Below are positions 34,826-43,585 of a stretch of DNA of 64,000 bases, in pieces. The notes beneath the pieces are model-generated. The model saw only the letters and a program-made list of their open reading frames with translations, had not been told where the DNA came from and did no database searches. Source of the stretch: Dehalococcoidia bacterium (lineage in GTDB: Bacteria > Chloroflexota > Dehalococcoidia > Lucifugimonadales > CATOSD01); the NCBI GenBank assembly GCA_034421955.1, contig DAOUJZ010000044.1, positions 2,310 to 66,309 on the forward strand. Direction: 5' to 3'. Made by a program: the position numbers and the translations under genes. Numbering within the stretch: the stretch's first letter is position 1; the number at the start of each line of letters is the position of its first letter.

Positions 34826-35452
34826 TTACCCTCCACCGCAGTTGGCGGCGTCGGCACCGGTCGCGCGCTCCACCACACCGCACAGGGCACCGTGTACGCC
34901 CTCTATCACCCAACCTGCGAAGGCCCTCGCCCACCGCGCCGGGTTGAGCGCCCCTAGAATCCGGTCCCACAGTCCCGTTGGCTGGTGGACGGGTATGAGC
35001 GAGTGGAAGGTCCCCTTCGTGCCGTCCTCCGCACCCGCCAGCATCACCAGCAGGTAGGAGCGCCCGGGGTTGAGGTCCGGATGCGCATCCAGGGCGGGAT
35101 ACTCCCAGGAGTACTCCCAGCCGTCGCGGAGCCTCTTCTCGCCGCCGATGACCCGGTACATGGGCGTTATCCAGTCGCCGGTGTCAGCGTCGCGGACGCC
35201 GTAGTAGACGCGCTCGATCCTGCGGTCGAAAACGGGCCGGGCGATGAACTCGCCGCCCTTCTTGCGCTCAACGAAGTCGCGGTCGGCGTTTACCAGCAGC
35301 ACCTCGTCGGCTTGGGCACGGGCTTGGCCCACGATTGACAAGGCCAAGACTGCGGTCAGTAGCGCCGCGGCTGGGACGATCAGCCGCCTGAGGACTGCGG
35401 TTCTGTGTATGTACCTAGAAAATCTCACTTGCGCGCCTCCACGGTTGTCCAT
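34826..35452 (-). CDS. Secreted/anchored hypothetical protein (first gene of the T4SS operon)
   Basis: 208 aa. It has the signal-anchor LIVPAAALLTAVLALSIVGQARA. No recognisable domain. Confidence 0.5.
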   Translation of the reverse strand: MDNRGGAQVRFSRYIHRTAVLRRLIVPAAALLTAVLALSIVGQARAQADEVLLVNADRDFVERKKGGEFIARPVFDRRIERVYYGVRDADTGDWITPMYRVIGGEKRLRDGWEYSWEYPALDAHPDLNPGRSYLLVMLAGAEDGTKGTFHSLIPVHQPTGLWDRILGALNPARWARAFAGWVIEGVHGALCGVVERATGADAANCGGG

Positions 35453-35509
35453 TGGGTCGAAGAGCCTGCAATCGAGTCTGGGGAGTCTGGAAGCGGGATG
35501 TCATGGCGT

Positions 35510-35541
35510 GTGAGGGGGGCACGCGCGCGTGCCCCCCTCAC
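35510..35541. promoter_or_regulatory. Perfect 32-bp palindrome in the divergent control region (oriT or operator candidate)
   Basis: GTGAGGGGGGCACGCG|CGCGTGCCCCCCTCAC lies between the divergent starts at 35452 (-) and 35859 (+). It is flanked by GATGTCAT repeats. Confidence 0.5.
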
Positions 35542-35601
35542 GGGGTCTGCACTCCGCGGGCTCGGATGTGATGTCATACCCGTGTACAGGGAGTTGCGCG
35601 T

Positions 35602-35615
35602 TTGCAGAAATGCAA
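35602..35615. promoter_or_regulatory. TTGCAGAAATGCAA inverted-repeat box, copy 1
   Basis: TTGCA-GAAA-TGCAA. An identical 14-mer recurs 109 nt downstream. Confidence 0.45.
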
Positions 35616-35710
35616 GTCGGGGGTGGATCCGTAGCTGAATCAGGTCCCGGATAGGGGTCTCATCGCCATATCGGCAAGCGCTTCGGTGAATGCGCCGGTT
35701 CCGGTGGGAA

Positions 35711-35724
35711 TTGCAGAAATGCAA
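35711..35724. promoter_or_regulatory. TTGCAGAAATGCAA inverted-repeat box, copy 2
   Basis: Identical to 35602-35615. A related TGCGGAAATGCAC overlaps the start codon at 37480. Confidence 0.45.
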
Positions 35725-35858
35725 ACTGAAATCCGCTGGGCGGCTGCGAATGCCCGCCACATCGGAGCGAGCGATCCAGGGAGCGGGAATTGAGCCGGGA
35801 CGAATACTCCCCTACAGGATGGACAGCTTGAGGACTTGCGAGCAACGGAGATGGACCC

Positions 35859-36773
35859 ATGAACGAGACGCGGACGCACGGTGAAAGCGAAGAGGCAGCG
35901 GGGGTGTACGAGACGGGGCCGGCGGCGGGTCCCGCGGCGGACGGCGATACAGGCGGTGGCGGGAGCGCCGACCCGGAGTCCCAGCGAATCCGGCACCTTG
36001 TCGAGTTCCTGCGGGAGCTTGTGCAGGAGGAGGGGAAGACGGAGGCCGCCGGGCTGCTGGGGGTCAACTACCGAACCTTGGTCAGGGCTGAGGAGTCTGG
36101 CGAGCTGACCGGGCGCATGAGAGACGCCCTTGAGCGGCTGCTGTTGGCCCGGGAAGACCCCTACAGCCAGGACGCGGACGGGGCGCTGGTCGAACTGGCG
36201 GAACGGGTCGAACGGCTTGAGGACGAAGTGCAGAAGGTGCGCCAGTCCCTCGAGGAGGTCCAGGTCGTGGTACGAAGACAGGAAAGTTCCCCGGACGGCG
36301 CGGCGGGCAAAACGAGCCGGGGCGGAGAACAGTGGACGGGCGAAATGGCGCCGGGTGATCCGGTTGGCGCCAGCTCTCGCGTAGCCGGGCAGGGACACTC
36401 AAAACCCGTGGTGGAGTGGCGTCGGGACCCAGAGGTCGTGACCGAGGAACCCGAGGGCGACGACGCCTGCGTGTACGGTGCCGCGTGGACGCTGGTCGAG
36501 GAGTGGCGGAGTCTACGCTCAGGACACCCAAACCAGGGCAGGACACTGTCGTGGCTCACAACCGAGGAGCGGTTGCTCACGCTCGAACTCGCGATGCTGG
36601 AGGACCATGGGCTGACGCTGCCTCCCGAGAAACAGCCGCTGCGGGGCTTCGGGCGCAGGGGCCAGATCACCTGGCGACGGACGGCGCTGGGCGACACGCG
36701 AAGGGCGCTGCGCAGGCGAAGGCGGCTTCGGTGGTTGCGCAGAGTCCTCACACTGGGGATGTGGCGGAAGTAG
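35859..36773 (+). CDS. Hypothetical protein with HTH-like segment and coiled coil
   Basis: 304 aa with a GGAG RBS. Features are EAAGLLGVNYRTLVRAEESGELT (HTH-like), LVELAERVERLEDEVQKVRQSLEEVQ (coiled coil) and a basic C-terminus. The overlapping minus ORF 35640..36398 is R/P/S-rich junk. Confidence 0.55.
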   Translation: MNETRTHGESEEAAGVYETGPAAGPAADGDTGGGGSADPESQRIRHLVEFLRELVQEEGKTEAAGLLGVNYRTLVRAEESGELTGRMRDALERLLLAREDPYSQDADGALVELAERVERLEDEVQKVRQSLEEVQVVVRRQESSPDGAAGKTSRGGEQWTGEMAPGDPVGASSRVAGQGHSKPVVEWRRDPEVVTEEPEGDDACVYGAAWTLVEEWRSLRSGHPNQGRTLSWLTTEERLLTLELAMLEDHGLTLPPEKQPLRGFGRRGQITWRRTALGDTRRALRRRRRLRWLRRVLTLGMWRK

Positions 36774-36981
36774 GTGGCGCCTGGGACAGTCTTCGGCGTT
36801 GCCACATCGCTGCCGCGTGGTTGCACGACTACTGCGCGTGATCCGGACGCGGCGGACACTTCTCTCTTGCGCCAGCTCAGTCGTTCGGGTAACAATTGAC
36901 GCAGTTTCTGGCTTTTTCCAGTGTTTCGTGCCGAGAAAACTGGAGGATTCACCGTCCCCCGAATCCAGAACCGGCCGCTCA

Positions 36982-37051
36982 GGATCGAGCCCTCGCTCTC
37001 CGAGCCGCCGCCCAAGGACTGACCGGAAGGATTGAGCCCTTGCTCTCCCGA
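36982..37051. repeat. Two direct repeats of about 23 nt in a 700-nt non-coding gap
   Basis: GGATCGAGCCCTCGCTCTCCGA (36982-37003) and GGATTGAGCCCTTGCTCTCCCGA (37029-37051). Confidence 0.5.
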
Positions 37052-37479
37052 AGGTCGTCCAGGAGGGACAAGCGCCATCCCGTGGCGTGAGTCGGTCGAA
37101 AGGTCGAGCATCGCTCCCCCGATGCCGGTTCGTAATACGGGAACCTCTGGTCGAAGTGGGAATCTGCTTCGACCGGCTCCTCACGTCCGCGGCACGGTCG
37201 ATCCAGACTGATCCGCCTATTCCCCCACGCGCGCCGGTCCACGACCACAGGGTCCTAGCCCGACCGCTTCCCCCTCCGTCGCAGCCTGCCGGGTCGGGCT
37301 GCACCCTTATCCTCTCACGCCGCGCGGCGACTTCACGGTTGCCGTCGGCGCCTTACTCACGCACCCGCGCGCGCTGGCATCCGCTGGGCCGGGCTGCGCA
37401 AACAGATGCAAGAACAGGCAGGTTCCTCGCGCTTCGGATGCCGCGCGTGGCCAGCAACAGACAAAAAGGAGGTGCGGAA

Positions 37480-37740
37480 ATGCACGCTTTGAAACGGGTC
37501 GCAAGGGTAATCGGAATGGTCGCCAGGTTCGTGGTGCAGCACAAGCGCCTAGCGCTCGCGGTCGCCGTGGCGGCGCTGCTGGTTCTCCCGCTGGCGCTCA
37601 CGCGGAACCTGGAGGTGTTCGTGCTGAACGCGCTCGGTCTCGGCATCGCGGCGCTGATAGCAAGGCGCGTCGTGCGCATCGGAAGAGGCCGGCAGACGGC
37701 CAGGTATTCACGGCAACGAAGTTCACAGAAAGGAGAGTGA
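37480..37740 (+). CDS. Small membrane protein
   Basis: 86 aa with a strong AAAGGAGGTG RBS. It has two hydrophobic helices and a basic tail. Confidence 0.55.
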   Translation: MHALKRVARVIGMVARFVVQHKRLALAVAVAALLVLPLALTRNLEVFVLNALGLGIAALIARRVVRIGRGRQTARYSRQRSSQKGE

Positions 37741-37743
37741 GTC

Positions 37744-38202
37744 ATGTTGACGGCAACGGCATTGATGAGCAACCAGGCCGGAGCGGTCCGGCCGGGACGC
37801 AGCCTCGAGGAACTGGTCGACCGGCTGATAGACGCGCTGCTCAGGGAGGATTCGGACAAGACGGCACCGGGCGTGGCATCGACCATACACGAGGCCAGAC
37901 GGCTAAGGCGGGCGGGGGACGTCGACGGAGCGCTGGCGGTTCTCGCCAGAGTGGACGTCGACGGCGCGGATACGCGGGAGGCCCGGTGGGCCTACACTGA
38001 ATGGAAGGGGTTGGTGAAGCGGCGGTCCGGCGCCGGCGACGCCCTGGTCTACAGCCAGGGCACTGGGCGTGCCGCCGCGCTTGTGCCCCTCGGCGACGGG
38101 ACTCTGGAGGTGGTCGCGGTGCTGGGTATACGCTGGACGCCAGGCAAGGTAGTCTCGCGACGCAGCCTCCGCGGCCTGCGGCCGCTGTACGGAGGTGCGT
38201 GA
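37744..38202 (+). CDS. Hypothetical protein
   Basis: 152 aa with an AAAGGAGAG RBS. The stop overlaps the primase start (TGATG). Confidence 0.5.
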   Translation: MLTATALMSNQAGAVRPGRSLEELVDRLIDALLREDSDKTAPGVASTIHEARRLRRAGDVDGALAVLARVDVDGADTREARWAYTEWKGLVKRRSGAGDALVYSQGTGRAAALVPLGDGTLEVVAVLGIRWTPGKVVSRRSLRGLRPLYGGA

Positions 38203-39242
38203 TGGTCACCATCGACATCCCCGCGCTGAAGGCGCGCCACCCGCTGGGCGACACCGTGGAGGCGGCCGGAGTGCGGCTCAGGGGACAAGGCCGTGTCCGC
38301 CAAGGCGTCTGCCCCTTCCACGACGAGGTGGAGGGCAGCTTCACGGTGTACGCGGACTCGGAGCGGTTCTACTGCTTCGGCTGCGGAGAGGGCGGCGACG
38401 TGCTGGATTTCGTTCGGCGGACCGAGGGACTGTCGCTGCCCCAGGCCATCGCGCGGTTGGACGGCAGCCCCGGGCTTGCGACCCGGGTCGCCGTTCGTCC
38501 TGCCCAGACGCGACGCACCGCGTCCGCCGCACCTGCTCCCCGCGACGCCGCCCTGCTCACGGCGGCAGCGCGCTTCTACGCCGGACAACTCCGGCGAAGT
38601 CGTGACGGACAAGAATACCTGGGATCTCGGGGCGTCGACCGCGGCGCCGCGGTCCGCCTCGGTCTCGGCCACGCATCCGGCGGCGGTCTAAGGCAGGCTC
38701 TCGAGTCCCGCGGCTTCTCCGAGAAGCGCATCTGGACCTCCGGACTCTTCACCGAGCGGGGTTCGGAGCGGTTCGCCGGCATGGTCGTCGTTTCTGAAGT
38801 CGCGGGCGACCTCGTACGCTGGCTCGTGGGCCGTGCCCTGGACCCAGACAGGAGACCCCGGTTCCAGGCGCTACCCGGCCCCAAGCCAGTGCTCGGACTC
38901 GGCAGGCTCGGCCCCGCGCCGACGTGGGCAGTCGTGACCGAGGGCGTCTTCGACTGGGTCGCGATAGCGGGCTGGGACATCCCTGCCTGCGCGGCCCTAG
39001 GCACACAGGGAGTCGAGCAAGTGGCCTCCGCTCTCCGCGGCTGCCGCCGTGTCTTCCTCGCCTTCGACGCGGACGACGCGGGCAGGGAAGCGACGGAGCG
39101 GCTCCTTGCCCTGCTGGGTCGCAGGGCCGCCGCCATCACTCTTCCTCGTGGCGCCGGGGACGTGGCCGAGCTGGCCACACATCCCCATGGCCGGGCAGTG
39201 TTCCTGCGCCTGCTGTCGCAGGCTGCGCGATCCGCCCGATAG
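38202..39242 (+). CDS. DNA primase (CHC2 zinc finger + Toprim)
   Basis: I set the start at ATG 38202. It has CPFHDEVEGSFTVYADSERFYCFGCGEGGDVLDFV (CHC2 finger) and the Toprim motifs VVTEGVFDW and FLAFDADDAGREA. Confidence 0.85.
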   Translation: MVTIDIPALKARHPLGDTVEAAGVRLRGQGRVRQGVCPFHDEVEGSFTVYADSERFYCFGCGEGGDVLDFVRRTEGLSLPQAIARLDGSPGLATRVAVRPAQTRRTASAAPAPRDAALLTAAARFYAGQLRRSRDGQEYLGSRGVDRGAAVRLGLGHASGGGLRQALESRGFSEKRIWTSGLFTERGSERFAGMVVVSEVAGDLVRWLVGRALDPDRRPRFQALPGPKPVLGLGRLGPAPTWAVVTEGVFDWVAIAGWDIPACAALGTQGVEQVASALRGCRRVFLAFDADDAGREATERLLALLGRRAAAITLPRGAGDVAELATHPHGRAVFLRLLSQAARSAR

Positions 39243-39478
39243 TCCCGGCCACTTCCCGATTCCAGCTTCCTTCTACAGGGCTTCCCCAGCCCGCTTCCTC
39301 CCTGTCTTGACTCATGCCCGGGAGTCCACTCCCGACTCCGACCGGGGGAGAATCAATACTCGATCTGCGACGGGCATTGCCCACACACGGCTTCCCCTTG
39401 TGCCTACCCGGTTCCAATGCGGAGCCAGCCGCATCAGAGGCACCAGCTACGGAAACACACCACGAAAGGAGATTAGAG

Positions 39479-40333
39479 ATGCTGAATGGCAGCAACAACG
39501 GACACAACCGAAACGGCGTTCCCCAGGACACCACCATGGTCGCAAGGAACGACAGCGGGGCGCACACCACCCCCGCCGTAATCGACGAGCGCGAGCTCGG
39601 CTGGGACGGGCTACCACCCGCTGTTACCAATGCCCTCGAGCAGCCCATTGACCCCGCGCTGGTCTCGCGTCGTAAGGGCCGCGCCGGGCGAACTTTCTCA
39701 TACATCGAGGGCCACACCGCGATCTCCGAGGCCAACAGGGTCTTCGGCTTCGGCGGCTGGGGCTTCGAGCTGGTGGAGAACGTCAGCCTGCGCCGCATAG
39801 AGACCATCGACCACAGCACCGGCGAGATCAAGGTCATCAACGCCTACACGGCTCCGGTGCGCTTCACCGTCCCCGGTGCGCCTCCCCGCACCGACGTCGG
39901 CTTCCACGCGGTGACCGACGAAACCGCGGACGGTCACGAGACGGCCATCAAGGGGGCCGTCACCGACGGCTTGAAGCGGGCGCTCAGGAGCTTTGGCGAT
40001 CGCTTCGGCAACGGGCTGTACGGGGACCAGGCGCAGCCGAGCGCCTCACCCAACCCCGAGAGGGTCCCGGCCAAGGCCACACCCTCGACCGGATCGATGA
40101 GCAATGGCGGCGAGTCTCAGGCCGTAAGGCTCCGCAAGCGGCTCATCGAGATAGCCGTTCGGCAGGGCTTCGACGAGGACGCCGTTCGCACCGCCGTCGA
40201 GACGCGGACGGGCCGGAGCCTAGACGACCTGGCGGCCGAGGAACTTGCCCCGTTGGTGGAGGCCGCGGCCAACAAGCTCAAGCAGATGCAAGAGGCCAAG
40301 GGACCGCTCCCTGCCGGGCAGGGCGGCGCATAG
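39479..40333 (+). CDS. Rad52/Rad22-family single-strand annealing protein
   Basis: I set the start at ATG 39479 (AAAGGAG RBS). RTFSYIEGHTAISEANRVFGFGGWGFEL...AIKGAVTDGLKRALRSFGDRFGNGLY matches the Rad52_Rad22 pattern. Confidence 0.75.
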   Translation: MLNGSNNGHNRNGVPQDTTMVARNDSGAHTTPAVIDERELGWDGLPPAVTNALEQPIDPALVSRRKGRAGRTFSYIEGHTAISEANRVFGFGGWGFELVENVSLRRIETIDHSTGEIKVINAYTAPVRFTVPGAPPRTDVGFHAVTDETADGHETAIKGAVTDGLKRALRSFGDRFGNGLYGDQAQPSASPNPERVPAKATPSTGSMSNGGESQAVRLRKRLIEIAVRQGFDEDAVRTAVETRTGRSLDDLAAEELAPLVEAAANKLKQMQEAKGPLPAGQGGA

Positions 40334-40363
40334 AACGCACCCAAAATCGAATGAGACACGGAG

Positions 40364-40396
40364 AGCGGGGTTCGTCCTTCACGGGGCGGCCCCGCT
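40364..40396 (+). repeat. ICE intergenic GC-hairpin, family member a
   Basis: AGCGGGGttcgtccttCACGGGGCGGCCCCGCT lies about 30 nt upstream of the next start codon. Confidence 0.5.
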
Positions 40397-40427
40397 TTCC
40401 GTTTGCCTACGGGAAGGAGAGTACGAC

Positions 40428-40928
40428 ATGACCGAGACACTCGTTTACACGCCATGGGGCTGGACGAAGGACATCGAGAAGCTTGCCGAGGGCGTCTGGA
40501 GGGTCACCACCCCCGGCCACGGCGGGCTGAAGCTCAGCCGCGAACGGTGGAACGAGCTTCCCGCCGCAGTCCGGGAGACCATGCTCAACCCCACCTTCGC
40601 CGAGGAGGACTGCGAGGAGCCCATCGTGAGACTGCTCCTGGATGTCGGCGACGACAGGGACCGGGAGATGGCGCTCACGGTGGCGGGCTACTTCGAGCGC
40701 TACGCCCCGGCGCTGCCCTTCATCCGCGGCTACCCGCCCGGCCTGCACTACCACGTCTTTATCTACTGGGACACGTACGGGACGGAGTCCTTCGAGCGGT
40801 TCGACACTCGCGTGGAGGCCGAGTCCTTCGCGGTCGACCCGGAGATGGTGAGGAAGTACGGCCGAATGGAGGCCATCGAGTGCACCCGGACGCGCCCGCT
40901 CTGCCTTCCGGAAGGGGAAAGGCCATGA
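40428..40928 (+). CDS. DUF7007-like protein
   Basis: 166 aa with a GGAAGGAG RBS. The N-terminus YTPWGWTKDIEKLAEGVWRVTTPGHGGLKLS matches the pattern I recall for DUF7007 proteins of conjugative elements. Confidence 0.45.
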   Translation: MTETLVYTPWGWTKDIEKLAEGVWRVTTPGHGGLKLSRERWNELPAAVRETMLNPTFAEEDCEEPIVRLLLDVGDDRDREMALTVAGYFERYAPALPFIRGYPPGLHYHVFIYWDTYGTESFERFDTRVEAESFAVDPEMVRKYGRMEAIECTRTRPLCLPEGERP

Positions 40929-41371
40929 CCGCGACGACGCGGGCCACCAGGCCCCGCAGCCTGCCCAGCACCACCACGAAGCTGCAAACCGAGTTCGGAA
41001 GCCTGTTCGTCACAGTCTCCGTTGACGAGAACGGCGAACCGTTCGAGGTTTTCGGCCACCTGGGGAAGGGCGGTAGCTTCCAGCACGGGGTAACCGAGCT
41101 GGCCTGCCGGCTGGTCTCCCTGCACCTGCGGCGAGGAACGCCCCTGGACGAGATCATCGACCAGTGCCAAGGCATTGCGGAGATGCAGCCTTTCTGGAAC
41201 CGGCTGGGCGACGGCTCGAGCGTGCCTGTTCACGGCATCGGCGACGGTATCGTCCACGTTCTCACGAGCCTGTCTCGGATTCGATCTGGGAACCACACGG
41301 AGACCGTTGATGAGCGGGTGCCGAAGCGGGGCGAGGGAACGGAAGCGAAGGAAACGAAGGCAGCCGCATGA
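40925..41371 (+). CDS. TSCPD-domain-like protein (RNR class II C-terminal-like)
   Basis: 148 aa. GSLFVTVSVDENGEPFEVFGHLGKGGSFQHGVTELACRLVSLHLRRGTPLDEIIDQCQGI matches the TSCPD domain core. The eponymous motif position reads HGIGDG. The start overlaps the previous stop (ATGA). Confidence 0.5.
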   Translation: MTATTRATRPRSLPSTTTKLQTEFGSLFVTVSVDENGEPFEVFGHLGKGGSFQHGVTELACRLVSLHLRRGTPLDEIIDQCQGIAEMQPFWNRLGDGSSVPVHGIGDGIVHVLTSLSRIRSGNHTETVDERVPKRGEGTEAKETKAAA

Positions 41372-41395
41372 TCGGGGCACGCAACCAATCGACAC

Positions 41396-41425
41396 GGGGC
41401 CGTCTCCCTCCCTGGGGGCGGCCCC
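41396..41425 (+). repeat. ICE intergenic GC-hairpin, family member b
   Basis: GGGGCCGtctccctccctggggGCGGCCCC has a 7-bp stem GGGGCCG/CGGCCCC. Confidence 0.5.
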
Positions 41426-41457
41426 GCTCTTATCCACGTCATACAGGAGGTGACGAC

Positions 41458-42555
41458 GTGACGACTCAGACCACGGACAGGGCGGACGTCTTCTCCCGCC
41501 CTGCGGCGAGGTTCGACGACGACGGCAACATCGAAGTACGGGCATCTGCGGCCCTGGGCTGCCGCCGCGCCCTCTGGTACGCCGCAACGGGCTACGAGCC
41601 CACCAACCCGCCCGGCGACGACTCGCTGACGGCGATGGAGGCGGGCAACGCCCTGGAGCCGGTGGTGGTGCGGGCGATGGAGCGAGCCGGCTGGAGGGTG
41701 GACGCCGCCGATCCCCTTGACCCGCGGCAGGTCGCCGTGAGGGTCGGCCCAAATATGCTGGTCACGGGACATCCGGACGGCACGGTGCGAATGCCGCTAC
41801 CGGAAGATGAGGCCCTTCCGCAGCTGTTCCTCTTCGACGGCGAGTCGCAGGCTCTCGCTTACGGCGACCCGATGGTCGTCGAGATCAAGACGCGCGGGCC
41901 GGATGCGTTCAAACGCTGGCGGACACTGGGGGCCGAGCGCAGCCATCCGGCGTCAGTGGCCCAGGCCGCCATCTACACGCTGGGAATCTGCGGCGAGATG
42001 CGTGACGCCGTAATCGCCACGATGGACACGGGCAGCCGCACCTGGGACTACGAGGTCATCCCTGCCGACCGGCTGGAGATCGCCCTGCAGGACGCCTGCG
42101 CTTGGCTCGGCGAACTCGGGGCCCACCACGTCGAGTACGGCCCCGACTCGGACGCGCCGCCCGGGCGAGATTTTTCCGCCACGAGTTGGCAGTGCCGGGC
42201 GTGTCCCTACCTGGCCACCTGCCTGCCGGGCGCAGCGGATGACGGCGGACCGGACGACGACCCGGAGATGGAGCAGGTGAGCGACGAAGAGGCACGGGAC
42301 GCTGTGGCCGCCTACGCCGCCGCGCAGGACGCCTTGAAGGAGCCGGAGAAGGCCAAGCGCAAGGCGCTCGACACCTTGAAGGCGTGGATGCACCGGCAGG
42401 GGGACGCGAAGGCGACGGTCAACGGAAGGAAGGTCAGCCTCGTCAAGTCCAAACGCTACTCCGTCAACTACAGGAAGCTCAACGAGCTGCTTGACCCCGA
42501 GACTAGGGCCGGTGTGGTGACGGAGAGCGAATCGGAGTACGTGCGGGTCAGCTAG
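41458..42555 (+). CDS. PD-(D/E)XK exonuclease, Cas4/RecB-like with Cys cluster
   Basis: I set the start at GTG 41458 (AGGAGG RBS). It has ...GHPDG...MVVEIKTRG... (D..EXK core), an N-terminal Cys (ALGCRRA) and a C-terminal CRACPYLATC (CX2CX5C), as in Cas4-type Fe-S nucleases. Confidence 0.65.
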   Translation: MTTQTTDRADVFSRPAARFDDDGNIEVRASAALGCRRALWYAATGYEPTNPPGDDSLTAMEAGNALEPVVVRAMERAGWRVDAADPLDPRQVAVRVGPNMLVTGHPDGTVRMPLPEDEALPQLFLFDGESQALAYGDPMVVEIKTRGPDAFKRWRTLGAERSHPASVAQAAIYTLGICGEMRDAVIATMDTGSRTWDYEVIPADRLEIALQDACAWLGELGAHHVEYGPDSDAPPGRDFSATSWQCRACPYLATCLPGAADDGGPDDDPEMEQVSDEEARDAVAAYAAAQDALKEPEKAKRKALDTLKAWMHRQGDAKATVNGRKVSLVKSKRYSVNYRKLNELLDPETRAGVVTESESEYVRVS

Positions 42556-42645
42556 ACGCCTCCTGGCGGAGGTGCACACGGAGACCGCCTCCCTCCCGGG
42601 GCGACTCCGCCGGGACGCAACAGACGCAGTAGGAAAGGAGAAACC

Positions 42646-43014
42646 ATGACCAACGCAACGGGATCGACAGTTACCTGGCAGGACGCACACAGCGAGATCC
42701 GCGGGCACATGCTGATGACGAAGGAACTGGGGGACACGATACCGGCTCTCAACGCCAACGACAACGTCGGGAATCTCGACGACGTGCTCGTCCCCGTGAA
42801 GCTGTTCAGCCCATACACCGGCTGGACCTGGTACGTCACCGAGTGGGATCCGGCGACCGGGACCTGCTTCGGACTCGTGGAGGGTTACGAGACCGAGTTC
42901 GGCTACTTCGATCTGACCGAGCTTGCCGAAGTCACCGTGTTCGGCGCCGTGCCCGCGGTGGAGCGGGACCTGTACTGGGAGCCGAAGACCCTCGGAGAGC
43001 TCAGGGGGAGGTAA
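42646..43014 (+). CDS. DUF2958-domain protein, copy 1
   Basis: 122 aa. LGDTIPALNANDN...VKLFSPYTGWTWYVTEWDPATGTCFGLVEGYETEFGYFDLTELAEV...VERDLYWEPKTL is the classic DUF2958 pattern. Confidence 0.75.
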   Translation: MTNATGSTVTWQDAHSEIRGHMLMTKELGDTIPALNANDNVGNLDDVLVPVKLFSPYTGWTWYVTEWDPATGTCFGLVEGYETEFGYFDLTELAEVTVFGAVPAVERDLYWEPKTLGELRGR

Positions 43015-43052
43015 CACCCCGCCGGGACGCCCTCCCAGGGAGCGCACCACGT

Positions 43053-43084
43053 GGCCGTCCTCACCCTCCACAGGGGGCGGCCCC
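43053..43084 (+). repeat. ICE intergenic GC-hairpin, family member c
   Basis: GGCCGtcctcaccctccacagggggCGGCCCC has the same tail ...CAGGGGGCGGCCCCGC as members a, b and d. Confidence 0.45.
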
Positions 43085-43146
43085 GCAACAATCTCTCACA
43101 CGCGCGGCCAGAACGCGCGACGACATCCACACAGGAGGAAACCGAA

Positions 43147-43500
43147 ATGGCAAGGACGATCAACAAGGTGGAGCTGCTGGGCCGGGTCGGGACCGACCCC
43201 GAGATGACTTACACGCCGAACGGAGCCGCCGTCGCCAAGCTGCGGCTGGCGACCGACCGCTACCGCAGGGACGGCGAGAACGGCACCGACTGGCACAACG
43301 TGGTGTGCTGGAGCAAGACCGCCGAGGCGGTGAACCGCTACGTCGGCAAGGGCGACCGCGTCTACATCGCGGGCCGCCTGGTCCAGAACAGCTGGGAGGG
43401 CGAGGACGGCAGGCGCCGCCACCGCACCGAGGTGCACGCCTCCGAGGTGGTGTTCCTCGACTCCCGCGGCAACGGCGGGGAGGAGGACTCTCTCTTCTAG
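43147..43500 (+). CDS. ssb: Single-stranded DNA-binding protein
   Basis: 117 aa. MARTINKVELLGRVGTDPEMTYTPNG...WHNVVCWSK...GDRVYIAGRL is an OB fold, and the acidic tip is EEDSLF. Confidence 0.85.
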   Translation: MARTINKVELLGRVGTDPEMTYTPNGAAVAKLRLATDRYRRDGENGTDWHNVVCWSKTAEAVNRYVGKGDRVYIAGRLVQNSWEGEDGRRRHRTEVHASEVVFLDSRGNGGEEDSLF

Positions 43501-43554
43501 CCTAGAACCCAGAGCCGGATATCGGCGCCCGCGATCCGGCGGGCGCGCTCACAC

Positions 43555-43585
43555 GGGGCCGCCTCCTATCCACGGGGGCGGCCCT
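43555..43585 (+). repeat. ICE intergenic GC-hairpin, family member d
   Basis: GGGGCCGcctcctatccacggggGCGGCCCT. It is preceded by a separate hairpin GCGCCCGC-gatcc-GGCGGGCGC right after ssb. Confidence 0.45.
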
